NCBI GenBank assembly: GCA_963663165.1 | Contig: OY760175.1 | Span: 3,552,001 to 3,616,000 of the forward strand | Length of the DNA: 64,000 nt | Source of the DNA: an uncultured Desulfospira sp. | GTDB lineage: Bacteria > Desulfobacterota > Desulfobacteria > Desulfobacterales > Desulfobacteraceae | Direction: 5' to 3' | In this document: positions 27,348 through 36,381 of the stretch, in pieces | Numbering within the stretch: the first letter of the stretch is position 1 | How the letters are laid out: each line of letters starts with the position of its first letter | Notes under the pieces: generated by a model | What the model was told of the DNA's origin: nothing | What the model saw: the letters and a program-made list of their open reading frames with translations, nothing else | Databases searched by the model: none | Position numbers and translations under genes: made by a program

Positions 27348-28442
27348 TCACTGCACAGTGAACGGAGTTTTGTACTTGTCCTGGGGTAAATATTTTTCAA
27401 TCAGTCCCCTGTAAACCTGCAGGGTTTGCCTGCCCGGAAGTTTGCGGTTTTCCATTTTCTGAATCCAGTTGTCATAAATTTTGGGAATCAAAACGGATTT
27501 GCAGTCTTCCACCACCGGGTCGGGGAAGGTGTAAAAAGTGCAATGGGCATCCTTGAGCTTACCGGTGATCTTGGTGAACAGCTGATTGGTTAACTCAACA
27601 TAACGGTCCGGAACAGCAGCATTGGTTTCCTCTATGATCTGCTTGATATTGTCGGGCAGGCCATCCCATACGTCCTGGTTCATGTAGTACCCGCCGCTGG
27701 CATAACATCCCATGCGCAGCCCAACGATATTTTTGGCCACTTCCTGGAACTTAAAGGCGGCAATCAAATGGTAGGGGATCCCGGTTACCGCATCAAGGGT
27801 TCCCCGCTCCAGAGCCTCATAAACCTCGGGCAGGGGCATGGCCACAGGGGTTGCGCCCAGCAGCTTCATGGCATCATTCATCAGCCCCATGGCCCGGACC
27901 TTCTTGCCCTTTAAATCCGCAAGGGATTTAATAGGTTCAATGGATGCCATGGCCACCTCTCCGGCAGACAGGGAAATGAGAAATTTAAGATTATTTTTTT
28001 TCATCATTTTTTGAAACGGCGGATAGGTCTCATGCATTTCAGTGCAGGCTTTGTCCATCAGATAGCCGGAATCAGACTGGTACAGCAAATGAAGGCCCCC
28101 GATCAGGGGAAGCTGGGATGGATAATACCCGTCAGCCACGAACTGGATATCAGCGATACCCGATGAAACCGCTGAAAGGGCATCCATGGTTTTCACCAAC
28201 GCCTGGGCAAAATAATACTCAATCTTGACGCTGCCATTGCTTTTTTTCTCGATCTCATCGCCCCACCACCTGACAATCTGTCCTTCATTGGTGGATTCAG
28301 GAAGGTAGCTTGAAAGCTTAAGTACAATCGGTTTTGTTGATTTTGCAGCCGCGTGATCAACATTCAAGAATCCCATTGCTGCCGTCATCATTGCACAGAT
28401 ACCGGTGATGGCGATAATTTTTCCCATAATACGCTTTTTCAT
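27348..28442 (-). CDS. dctP: TRAP transporter substrate-binding protein
   Basis: Start re-called at MKKRIMG (RBS AAGGAG). Signal peptide. DLKGKKVRA...EVYEALERGTLD. Confidence 0.93.
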   Translation of the reverse strand: MKKRIMGKIIAITGICAMMTAAMGFLNVDHAAAKSTKPIVLKLSSYLPESTNEGQIVRWWGDEIEKKSNGSVKIEYYFAQALVKTMDALSAVSSGIADIQFVADGYYPSQLPLIGGLHLLYQSDSGYLMDKACTEMHETYPPFQKMMKKNNLKFLISLSAGEVAMASIEPIKSLADLKGKKVRAMGLMNDAMKLLGATPVAMPLPEVYEALERGTLDAVTGIPYHLIAAFKFQEVAKNIVGLRMGCYASGGYYMNQDVWDGLPDNIKQIIEETNAAVPDRYVELTNQLFTKITGKLKDAHCTFYTFPDPVVEDCKSVLIPKIYDNWIQKMENRKLPGRQTLQVYRGLIEKYLPQDKYKTPFTVQ

Positions 28443-28498
28443 GATCGCTCCTTTTTGAGTTATAAAAAAACATAGCAACCGGCAAAATGCCGTTACCA

Positions 28499-29161
28499 TC
28501 ATTTATTGGTGCTTGAATCCCGCTTTAAATTTTCAAGGTGTTCGCGAATGGCTGTTTCCGCCTTTGATAAATCCTTTTCCATCAATGCCTCCAGCATATG
28601 TTTATGGCCTTCCACGGCGTCCATGAGGCCGTCTTTTTTCAGCCCTGTTATTCTGGAGCGGATCATATCGTTCCTCAAAGACAGGATAATATTCACCAGC
28701 TGCCGGCTGCCGCTGGCCTTGGCCAGCAGTTCATGAAATTCCCCATCCAGACTTACAAAAGCCGGCAAATCACCATCCGCCAGTTTTCTTTCAGCGGTGA
28801 CAACATTTTCTTTGAGGGCATGGATCTGATCTTGTGTAATCCGCTCAATGGCCCATTTTGCCGCGATGGTTTCCAGAGCGCAGCGGATTTCACAAATTTC
28901 TTCAAGCTCCCGGCGGTCCACAGCCCGGACTTTGTACCCCTTCTTGGGCAGTGCGTACAGCATTCCTTCTTTTTCCAGATAATGCAGCGCTTCCCGAACC
29001 GGTGTGCGGGAAATCCCCAGCTGCTTGGACAGGTTCAGCTCTGTCAGGATTTCAGATGGCGGTATATTGCCTTCTATGATCTGGGTTTTTACATAGTCGT
29101 AAACCCGGTCCCGGAGCGAAACCGGGGGTTTGAGCTTAATGGATGTCGATTTTTTCGGCAT
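28499..29161 (-). CDS. GntR family regulator (FCD domain)
   Basis: LSKQLGISRTPVREALHYLEKEG HTH; DGEFH and EGH motifs. Confidence 0.94.
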   Translation of the reverse strand: MPKKSTSIKLKPPVSLRDRVYDYVKTQIIEGNIPPSEILTELNLSKQLGISRTPVREALHYLEKEGMLYALPKKGYKVRAVDRRELEEICEIRCALETIAAKWAIERITQDQIHALKENVVTAERKLADGDLPAFVSLDGEFHELLAKASGSRQLVNIILSLRNDMIRSRITGLKKDGLMDAVEGHKHMLEALMEKDLSKAETAIREHLENLKRDSSTNK

Positions 29162-29233
29162 TGCTTACCCCCCAATAGTTTTTGGTTTACTGCGCATTGT
29201 CTTTGTTGCCTCCCCTGCCGTTAACCTCAACTT

Positions 29234-29273
29234 TTTATGGGTACTTGGGCTCATGTACCCAAGTACCCATAAA
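29234..29273. promoter_or_regulatory. Perfect 16-bp inverted repeat upstream of gntR, likely operator
   Basis: TTTATGGGTACTTGGG-8 bp-CCCAAGTACCCATAAA. A minus-strand TTGACA lies at 29292-29297. Confidence 0.55.
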
Positions 29274-29495
29274 TCACAAAATCAACCATCTTGTCAACTG
29301 TTAATCTTCCAACAGGGGATAAGCGCCAACTCGGGAATATACTAACAAATTTTTTCGGCCAGGCAGACCTATAACGAGTATGGCTTGTGTTAGCAGATAA
29401 AGGCAAACTTGCCAGGGTCTGCTCTGGATGAAATAAAGAAAAAATCCAGAGTAACTATTCAGCTATTTCTGAAAAATAAGCAAAAACCAAGGTCA

Positions 29496-29638
29496 GTAAC
29501 TGTTCATCAGTGCTTCATATTTGTTTTATATGAAAGAATCTGCAAGCTGCTGTAATTCTTTCATGCTTTGTTGTGGGCCGAACCGGATTAACAATCCAAT
29601 CGGCCCGTGGCCGTTAGTCAAGCCTTGGTAGCATACTT
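29496..29638 (+). mobile_element. Element family D, left part with one hairpin unit
   Basis: GTAACTGTTCATCAGTGCTTCAT followed by sequence nearly identical to 48222-48352. Confidence 0.8.
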
Positions 29639-29767
29639 GATGCCGATGTTTCAGCATTCTTCGATAAAATCAATCACGACTGGATGCTGAAGTTCATTGA
29701 GCATCGTGTGACAGATAAAAGAATGCTACGGCTGATCAGGAAATGGCTCAAAGTAGGTATTGTCGAA
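29633..29767 (+). pseudogene. Group II intron reverse transcriptase fragment
   Basis: Translates as ILDADVSAFFDKINHDWMLKFIEHRVTDKRMLRLIRKWLKVGIVE, the typical DADIxxFFDxIxH...LIRKWLKAG block of group II intron RTs. No start codon, stop at 29795-29797. Confidence 0.85.
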
Positions 29768-29891
29768 CAAAAGACAACCCAGACGCAAGTTTCATAGATG
29801 TTAAGATGATTTTTATGAGCAAAGTTAGTCTATGCAATTTTAGAAACCCAAAAAACACCGTATCTTCAAACCTAAGACAAACTTAATCACA

Positions 29892-29910
29892 TGTTCAATA
29901 AAATTGAACA
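29892..29910. promoter_or_regulatory. Palindrome upstream of the tct/ASST operon
   Basis: TGTTCAAT-AAA-ATTGAACA, 65 bp before the tctC start. Confidence 0.5.
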
Positions 29911-29975
29911 CAATTTAAGTTAACCCCCAACAAAGAGAGTTTAGAATTTAATACTTACAACAAGGAGAGTTTGAG

Positions 29976-30914
29976 ATGAAAAAACTAGGTTTATCATTAT
30001 TCCTGGCCCTGGTGATGGCCCTTCCCCTGACCGCAGATGCCTCCGAAAACCCCTACAAAAAACCGGTGAAAGTCATCAGCGGCATGGCACCAGGCAGCGG
30101 ACCGGGCATCAATGATGCCTTTTACGCGGACCTTCTGGCAGAAGAGCTGGGCGTGCCTGTGAAGGTGGTCTATTCCCCGGGCGCCGGAACCATTGTCTCC
30201 CATAACGAGCTTTTGTCAAACCGCGCTGACGGACAGACCATATTGATGAGCTATATTGCCGGTTCTCTCTTAAGTCCGGCCATCAACAAGACCCCCTATA
30301 AAGAAGAAGAGTTTGAAATTATCGGCAACTATGTGGGGAACGTGATCACCGCCGTTGTCCGGGAAGATTCCCCCTATAAAACCCTCCAGGACGCCTTTGA
30401 CCATGCAAAAAAAACAGGGGAGCCGCTTCGTATGAACGTCACCTCCTTTTACGGCATCCCTTTTGTTTCCATGATTGCCGCCACCAACCACTTTGACATC
30501 CCGGCCAAATATACTGAAATCCGAGGGGCCTGTCCCCTGTATCTGGAGCGGGGGGATCTTGACATTCTCCTGGCCTCCCCGTTGGGATGGCTCTCTTATG
30601 CTGAAAAAGGCAGTGTCCGGGCCCTGGCCACCATGACAGCCGGCCCGAGTCTGCCCGGTGTCCCTACCCTTAAAGAGGCCGTAGGCTTTGATGCCTATGG
30701 CGGATTCCAGACCGTCATAGTAAAAAAAGGGATTCCCAGAAACAAATACAACGCCCTGGTGGCTGCCCACGAGCGGGTGATGAAGAGTGAAAAAATGAAA
30801 GAATATTCCGGAAGGACCCACTACATGAACTATTGGGCAACGCCTGAAGACTCTAACAAGCTGCGCCAGGAAGTAAAAAGCTATTTTATATACAATTTTA
30901 AAGATCCCCAATAA
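29976..30914 (+). CDS. tctC: Tripartite tricarboxylate transporter substrate-binding protein
   Basis: Signal peptide. KPVKVISGMAPGSG, PGAGTIV, ADGQTIL, LPGVPTLKEA (Bug/TctC pattern). Confidence 0.85.
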   Translation: MKKLGLSLFLALVMALPLTADASENPYKKPVKVISGMAPGSGPGINDAFYADLLAEELGVPVKVVYSPGAGTIVSHNELLSNRADGQTILMSYIAGSLLSPAINKTPYKEEEFEIIGNYVGNVITAVVREDSPYKTLQDAFDHAKKTGEPLRMNVTSFYGIPFVSMIAATNHFDIPAKYTEIRGACPLYLERGDLDILLASPLGWLSYAEKGSVRALATMTAGPSLPGVPTLKEAVGFDAYGGFQTVIVKKGIPRNKYNALVAAHERVMKSEKMKEYSGRTHYMNYWATPEDSNKLRQEVKSYFIYNFKDPQ

Positions 30915-31016
30915 GGGAGATCTCCCTCCCCCCCCTGCGTCTTGGGTCAAACGGATGGTGTTATCAGCCCCAAGGGGCAGGGGGAATACTATAAAGATTT
31001 TCAGGAAGGCATAATT

Positions 31017-31508
31017 ATGAATAAAAATGAACCCACAAGCGCAAGTGATTATTGCCAGGCAGGGCTTGGATTAACCGGCCTGATCTTGATTGGCCTTTCT
31101 CCCTGGCAGCTGGGCCTCTTTGAAACAGGCGAGGGCTGGTACAGGGGAGATCTTTTAGTGCCTTTTATCAGCCTGGGAATTATGGTTTTAGCCTCCATCC
31201 CAGCCTGGGTGCGGCTGTGGCAAAAGCGGGGCCGAAAGTTTGAGGCAGACAAAGAGGGCCTGATGCTGAGCACCCTCTATATCTTTATCTTTATGCTGAT
31301 ATTTATTGGCGGCCTGATTTTTGTCGGCGTTGTCCCTTCCATTCTTATCCTCATGCCAGTCACCCTCTACCTTTTAGGCCAGAGGAACTGGCTGATCATC
31401 AGCATTTCAACCGCTGTCATCACCACATTGGCATGGCTGTTTTTCATCAAAATCCTGGATCTGTATTTTCCGGATCCCCTGTTATTTGAAATTTTAGGCT
31501 GGGTATAG
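31017..31508 (+). CDS. tctB: Tripartite tricarboxylate transporter small membrane subunit
   Basis: Hydrophobic ~163 aa between tctC and tctA, ending LFFIKILDLYFP. ATG at 31017. Confidence 0.8.
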   Translation: MNKNEPTSASDYCQAGLGLTGLILIGLSPWQLGLFETGEGWYRGDLLVPFISLGIMVLASIPAWVRLWQKRGRKFEADKEGLMLSTLYIFIFMLIFIGGLIFVGVVPSILILMPVTLYLLGQRNWLIISISTAVITTLAWLFFIKILDLYFPDPLLFEILGWV

Positions 31509-31518
31509 GGAGAAGAAT

Positions 31519-33039
31519 ATGAACGTATTTATTGAAGCCCTTCAAGCATCTTTTGCATTGGAAAATGTCCTGTTCATGCTCATCGGCACCCTGTTAGGGG
31601 CCATTGTGGGCATCATACCGGGCCTGGGGGCGCTTGTGGGAATTGTCATTATCCTGCCCATCACCTTTACCCTGGAACCCAATGTGGCCATTTCCATGCT
31701 CCTTGGGGTATATTGTGCCTGTTACTACACCGGCGCCATCCCAGCTGTACTTCTGCGCACCCCCGGCACTCCCCAGTCGCTGATCACCTGCTATGACGGT
31801 TTTCCTTTGACCCAGCAGGGCAAACCGGATCTGGCCATGTCCGCCTGTTTTACCGGCTCCTTTGTGGGCGGTATCATCAGCCTGCTGCTGCTCATCTGCA
31901 TCGCCCCGATTCTGGCAAAAGCAGCCGCCTCCTTCGGGCCTCCGGAGTTCTTTGCTGTGGCGCTTTTCGGCATGTGCTTTGTGGTCATGACCGGCCGGAC
32001 CAACATGGGGCTGAGTGTGGCCCTGGCCGCCCTGGGGATTTTCATCAGCACCATTGGCTATGATGACGCCACCATGTTTCCCAGATACTGCTTCGGCATT
32101 GATGCCATCCAGCGGGGCATCGACCTGGTTCCCCTGGCCATGGGCCTGTTCGGCGTATCCCAGGCCATGAACCTGGCCGGGAAAAAAATCCTGCCCGACG
32201 GCACCTCCCTTTCCAGTGCCAAACGCCTGGATTTCAGCAATATTGTCAAATGCTTCAAATACTGGAAAACCATGGTTTTCAGTGCCTTCTCCGGCACCTT
32301 TGTGGGGCTGATTCCCGGCACTGGCGCTCTGCTGGGATCCCTGCTGGCCTATGAAGGCTCCAAACGGATCACCAGCAAGGAGCCGGAACGGTACGGCACC
32401 GGCACCCCTGAAGGCATTCTTGCCTCCGAAGCCGGCAACAACGCCACCCCGGCAGGCGCCCTGATCCCTTTGCTCACCCTGGGGATTCCAGGCGATGTGG
32501 TCTCCGCCCTTCTTGGGGTGATCTTCATTACCAACGGTATTTTCCCGGGGCCCATGCTGATTTCCAGTGAGCCGGTATTGATCACAGGAATCTATATCTC
32601 CCTGCTCTTTGTCAATGTGGTGGCCTTTGTCATTCTGGCCCTCTGGCTGAGAGCCTGCATCCATGTGGTGCGGGTACCCGGGGATGTCCTGAGCGTGAGT
32701 ATCACCATCCTTGCCTTTTTAGGGGTCTACGCGGTGAATTCCTCGCTCAACGACATCTATATCACCCTTTTCTTTTCAGTACTGGGCTACCTTTTTTTAC
32801 GGCTCAAATGGCAGATTCTGCCACTGATTCTCGGGGTGGTTCTGGGCAATATTATCGAAGTGCGCCTGCGCAACACGTTGGGATTGTCCGACGGGGACAT
32901 CTTTGTGCTGTTCACCCGTCCCCTTTCCTGCTTTTTCATGATCTGCACCATCATGACCATAGTGATCCCCTTTGCCCTGGGCATCCATAAAAAACGCAAA
33001 GCCCGAAAACAGGCCCGACTCAATACCGGCATGATCTGA
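31519..33039 (+). CDS. tctA: Tripartite tricarboxylate transporter large permease
   Basis: GIIPGLG, GAIPAVLLRTPGTP, SEAGNNA...IPLLTLGIPGD. Confidence 0.95.
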   Translation: MNVFIEALQASFALENVLFMLIGTLLGAIVGIIPGLGALVGIVIILPITFTLEPNVAISMLLGVYCACYYTGAIPAVLLRTPGTPQSLITCYDGFPLTQQGKPDLAMSACFTGSFVGGIISLLLLICIAPILAKAAASFGPPEFFAVALFGMCFVVMTGRTNMGLSVALAALGIFISTIGYDDATMFPRYCFGIDAIQRGIDLVPLAMGLFGVSQAMNLAGKKILPDGTSLSSAKRLDFSNIVKCFKYWKTMVFSAFSGTFVGLIPGTGALLGSLLAYEGSKRITSKEPERYGTGTPEGILASEAGNNATPAGALIPLLTLGIPGDVVSALLGVIFITNGIFPGPMLISSEPVLITGIYISLLFVNVVAFVILALWLRACIHVVRVPGDVLSVSITILAFLGVYAVNSSLNDIYITLFFSVLGYLFLRLKWQILPLILGVVLGNIIEVRLRNTLGLSDGDIFVLFTRPLSCFFMICTIMTIVIPFALGIHKKRKARKQARLNTGMI

Positions 33040-33096
33040 TGATTTGCACAAAACAATAAAAACAAAAGCAACACCCTGTTATCCAAGGAGAAAAAA

Positions 33097-34980
33097 TTGA
33101 GCAACAAAGTAACCTATATCCGTGAAGAACACCTGATCCTCCAGCAGGCCCAGGCCGAAGAAAATTTTTTAAAAGAATTTGAAGCCGGGCAGTTTACCTT
33201 GGAAAATCCCCATATTGTATTAAACCCCTACCTGATCAACCCCTTGTGCGCCCTTGTGATGTTTAAAACCCCTGAAGCAACGCGCTCCACCCTCACCATA
33301 AAAGGCAAACGCTTTGCCACAGAAGATATCACCCACACCTTTGGGGCCGGCACCACCCATATTCTGCCGGTGCTGGGATTGTACGAAGATTTTGAAAATA
33401 CCCTTGTCATCACCCTGGAAGACGGCAGCAGTTCCCGGGTAAAGGTCACCACAGGCCCACTGCCGGCCCAGGTGAGCCGCTGCCTGAACATTTTCACCTC
33501 AAAAGATTATCTTAAAGATGATCTCATGTTTTTGAGCACAGCCGGCAAGAACCATCCTGCGGCCTATGATTATAAAGGCGATATTCGCTGGCTTTTGACG
33601 GTCAACACCATGTTTGACCTGAAGCGGGCCAAAAACGGCAACCTGCTCACCGGCTCCTACCGGTTCTGCCGCATGCCCTACAATGCCACCGGCCTTATCG
33701 AACTGGACATGACAGGCAAAATTTACAAGGAGTACCGCCTGCCGGGCAACTACCACCATGACCAGTGGGAAATGGAAGACGGCAACCTGCTGATCCTGAC
33801 CCAGGACTTTCACACCGAAACCGTGGAAGACCAGTGCGTGCTGGTGGATCGCAACACGGGTGATATTTTGAAAACCTGGGACTATAAGGATGTCCTTCCC
33901 CAGAATGTGGCAGGTTCCGGCTCCCAGGATGCCCATGACTGGTTCCACAACAATGCGGTCTGGTACGATAAGAAAACCAACTCCCTCTCCTTTTCCGGCC
34001 GTCACCAGGATGCCATTATCAACCTGGATTATGATTCCGGCCGGCTCAACTGGATCATCGGTGACCCTGAAGGCTGGCCCCAGGAGATGGTGGACAAATA
34101 TTTCTTCACCCCGGTAGGGGATGTGGAAAATTTTGACTGGCAGTATGAGCAGCATGCCTGCCTCATTACCCCCCAGGGGGATGTGATGTGTTTTGACAAC
34201 GGACAGTACCGGGCAAAAGCCAAGGAAAACTATATTAAAAACTGCGATAACTTTTCCCGGGGGGTCCGCTACCGTATTGACACGGACAAAATGGAGATTG
34301 AACAGGTCTGGCAGTATGGAAAGGAAAGGGGCCAGGAATTCTTCTCTCCCTACATCTGTAATGTGGAATACTATGATGACGGCCACTACATGATCCATTC
34401 CGGGGGCATTGGCTTTAAAGACGGCAAGGCTGCGGACAGCCTGGGCGCCTATCTGGATAAAACAGACCCCGGCGTTGAGCTGCGCTCCACAACCGTAGAG
34501 GAAAAAGACGGGGTGGTGATGTATGAACTGCAGACCCAAGGCAACTTCTACCGGGCAGAAAAGCTCCCCCTCTATCATGACGGTGAAAACCACTGTCTGG
34601 GAGCGGGGAAGCTTCTGGGCAAACTGGATGTCACCCCCACCTTTGACACCACTCCCGATGCCCGGGAAACCCAGGGCCAGCCGGATGCCTGGCATGATGT
34701 CCGTATTGAGGAAGATGAAGACCGATTCGTTTTCCACGGCAAATTTGAGCGCGGCACCCTGGCCATGCTCTGCCTGGAAGGCGATGCCGAAGATCGGTCC
34801 TATTTTATCAACACCTCAGCGGTATCCAATCTGGCCATGTGCTCCGGCGCCTTTCTGGAGGACGATGACCGGGATGTTAAAATGAATGTCAGCAAAGAGG
34901 GGCTGAAGGGCAGGTATACGCTCAAGCTCATTATCAATGAGACCAAGTACAACCTGGGCATCTGCGTTTTTGCCGGATAA
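33097..34980 (+). CDS. Aryl-sulfate sulfotransferase (ASST family), paralog 1, no signal peptide
   Basis: TTG start with AAGGAG. NPYLINPLCALV N-domain. YHHD, DWFHNN, SGRHQD, YEQHA and FDNG motifs. Confidence 0.9.
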   Translation: MSNKVTYIREEHLILQQAQAEENFLKEFEAGQFTLENPHIVLNPYLINPLCALVMFKTPEATRSTLTIKGKRFATEDITHTFGAGTTHILPVLGLYEDFENTLVITLEDGSSSRVKVTTGPLPAQVSRCLNIFTSKDYLKDDLMFLSTAGKNHPAAYDYKGDIRWLLTVNTMFDLKRAKNGNLLTGSYRFCRMPYNATGLIELDMTGKIYKEYRLPGNYHHDQWEMEDGNLLILTQDFHTETVEDQCVLVDRNTGDILKTWDYKDVLPQNVAGSGSQDAHDWFHNNAVWYDKKTNSLSFSGRHQDAIINLDYDSGRLNWIIGDPEGWPQEMVDKYFFTPVGDVENFDWQYEQHACLITPQGDVMCFDNGQYRAKAKENYIKNCDNFSRGVRYRIDTDKMEIEQVWQYGKERGQEFFSPYICNVEYYDDGHYMIHSGGIGFKDGKAADSLGAYLDKTDPGVELRSTTVEEKDGVVMYELQTQGNFYRAEKLPLYHDGENHCLGAGKLLGKLDVTPTFDTTPDARETQGQPDAWHDVRIEEDEDRFVFHGKFERGTLAMLCLEGDAEDRSYFINTSAVSNLAMCSGAFLEDDDRDVKMNVSKEGLKGRYTLKLIINETKYNLGICVFAG

Positions 34981-35050
34981 ACAGCAGTGCGGCAGATCGG
35001 TGCTTTCGTCAAATCTGCCATACCCCATACAAACCACCAAAGGAAACCAC

Positions 35051-35968
35051 ATGAAACTATACGACACCATAATCATTGGCGCTGGTCCTGCCGGTATGAC
35101 TGCAGCCATATATGCCAAACGGGCCAACCTTGATCTTCTCCTGTTGGACAAACTGGCCCCGGGCGGCCAGATGCTCAACACCAATGAGATCGAAAATTAT
35201 ACCGGCGCAGGTATCTTGAACGGTGCAGAACTGGCCATCCAAATGTATACCCACACCCAGGAGTTAGGGGTGGAGTTTGACGAAAAAACCGTAGTGGCCA
35301 TTGAAGACAATGGGGCGACCAAAACCCTGGTATGCCTGGAGGACGACACACGGCTTACAGCCAAAAGCGTGATTGTGGCCACCGGTTGCCTTCCCCGTAC
35401 CCTCAATGTGCCCGGGGAAGAAAAGTTTACCGGTAACGGCATTTCCTGGTGCGCCATCTGTGACGGTCCCCAGTACAAAGGCAAGGATGTGGTGGTCATC
35501 GGCGGCGGTAATTCTGCTGTGGAAGAATCCATCTATCTGGCCTCCTTTGCCAACTGCGTTACAATTGTCACCCTGTTTGATCTCACAGCTGACCCTGTGG
35601 CCTGCGACCGCCTCAGAGCCCTTCCCAACGTCACCGTACACCCCTATCAGGATATCCTGGAGTTCACAGGCGATCAAACCCTTGAAGGGGTTAAATTTAA
35701 ATCCACCCAGACAGGGGAAGAGCAATATGTACCCTGTGACGGGGTATTTGAATATATCGGCTTTACCCCAATGACCCAACTGGTCAAGGATCTGGACCTG
35801 TGTGACCGTATGGGCAACATTGAGGTGGACCAAGGAATGCAGACAAAAATCAACGGGATTTTCGGTGCCGGAGATGTGGTAACCAAAGAACTGCGCCAGA
35901 TTGTAACGGCCTGTGCCGATGGTGCCATTGCCGCCCAGAACGCCTTATCTTATGTTAAATCCCTTTAA
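35051..35968 (+). CDS. trxB: Thioredoxin reductase-like flavoprotein
   Basis: IIGAGPAGMTAA, SWCAICDG, GGGNSAVEE, GIFGAGD. Start re-called at ATG 35051. Confidence 0.9.
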   Translation: MKLYDTIIIGAGPAGMTAAIYAKRANLDLLLLDKLAPGGQMLNTNEIENYTGAGILNGAELAIQMYTHTQELGVEFDEKTVVAIEDNGATKTLVCLEDDTRLTAKSVIVATGCLPRTLNVPGEEKFTGNGISWCAICDGPQYKGKDVVVIGGGNSAVEESIYLASFANCVTIVTLFDLTADPVACDRLRALPNVTVHPYQDILEFTGDQTLEGVKFKSTQTGEEQYVPCDGVFEYIGFTPMTQLVKDLDLCDRMGNIEVDQGMQTKINGIFGAGDVVTKELRQIVTACADGAIAAQNALSYVKSL

Positions 35969-36051
35969 CAAACGAATTGAAGAAAGTATCCCGGGCCGGC
36001 CCGGTTGCCGGGACTGCCCGCCCTTTTTTCACAGACACAGGAGACCCTGTC

Positions 36052-36360
36052 ATGATTATTGAAATTACAAGCGAAGAACAATTTAAAGATCTGGTTGGAA
36101 GCGGAAAAGTGCTGCTGGAATTCTATTCCAAAACCTGCGGCCCCTGTAAAATGCTCTCCTTTGTTCTCAAGGACGTGGACAAAACCGTGGAAGACTGCAA
36201 CATTCTCACCATTGATTTTGATGAATTCGAAGACCTCAAGCAAGCCTATAACGTGGCTGGATTCCCTACCATGATCATGCTGAATGATGGTAAGGAAACC
36301 GACCGTCTCCAGGGCCTGAAACAAAAACGGGCCATCATTGAAACCATTCAAGCAGCTTAA
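36052..36360 (+). CDS. Thioredoxin
   Basis: FYSKTCGPCKML, cis-Pro motif GFPT, 102 aa, RBS AGGAG. Confidence 0.92.
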   Translation: MIIEITSEEQFKDLVGSGKVLLEFYSKTCGPCKMLSFVLKDVDKTVEDCNILTIDFDEFEDLKQAYNVAGFPTMIMLNDGKETDRLQGLKQKRAIIETIQAA

Positions 36361-36381
36361 TTTACTATCAGGAGTCCGATA

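Noticed and set aside
29633..29797. Functional RT system (retron, DGR or intact group II intron)
   Set aside because: Only ~45 codons remain, with no YADD motif, no start codon and no intron domain V/VI recognised.
33499..34737. 412-aa minus-strand ORF, and similar long antisense ORFs at 31594-32664 and 51464-52348
   Set aside because: Each lies entirely opposite a well-supported gene and has no recognisable motifs.
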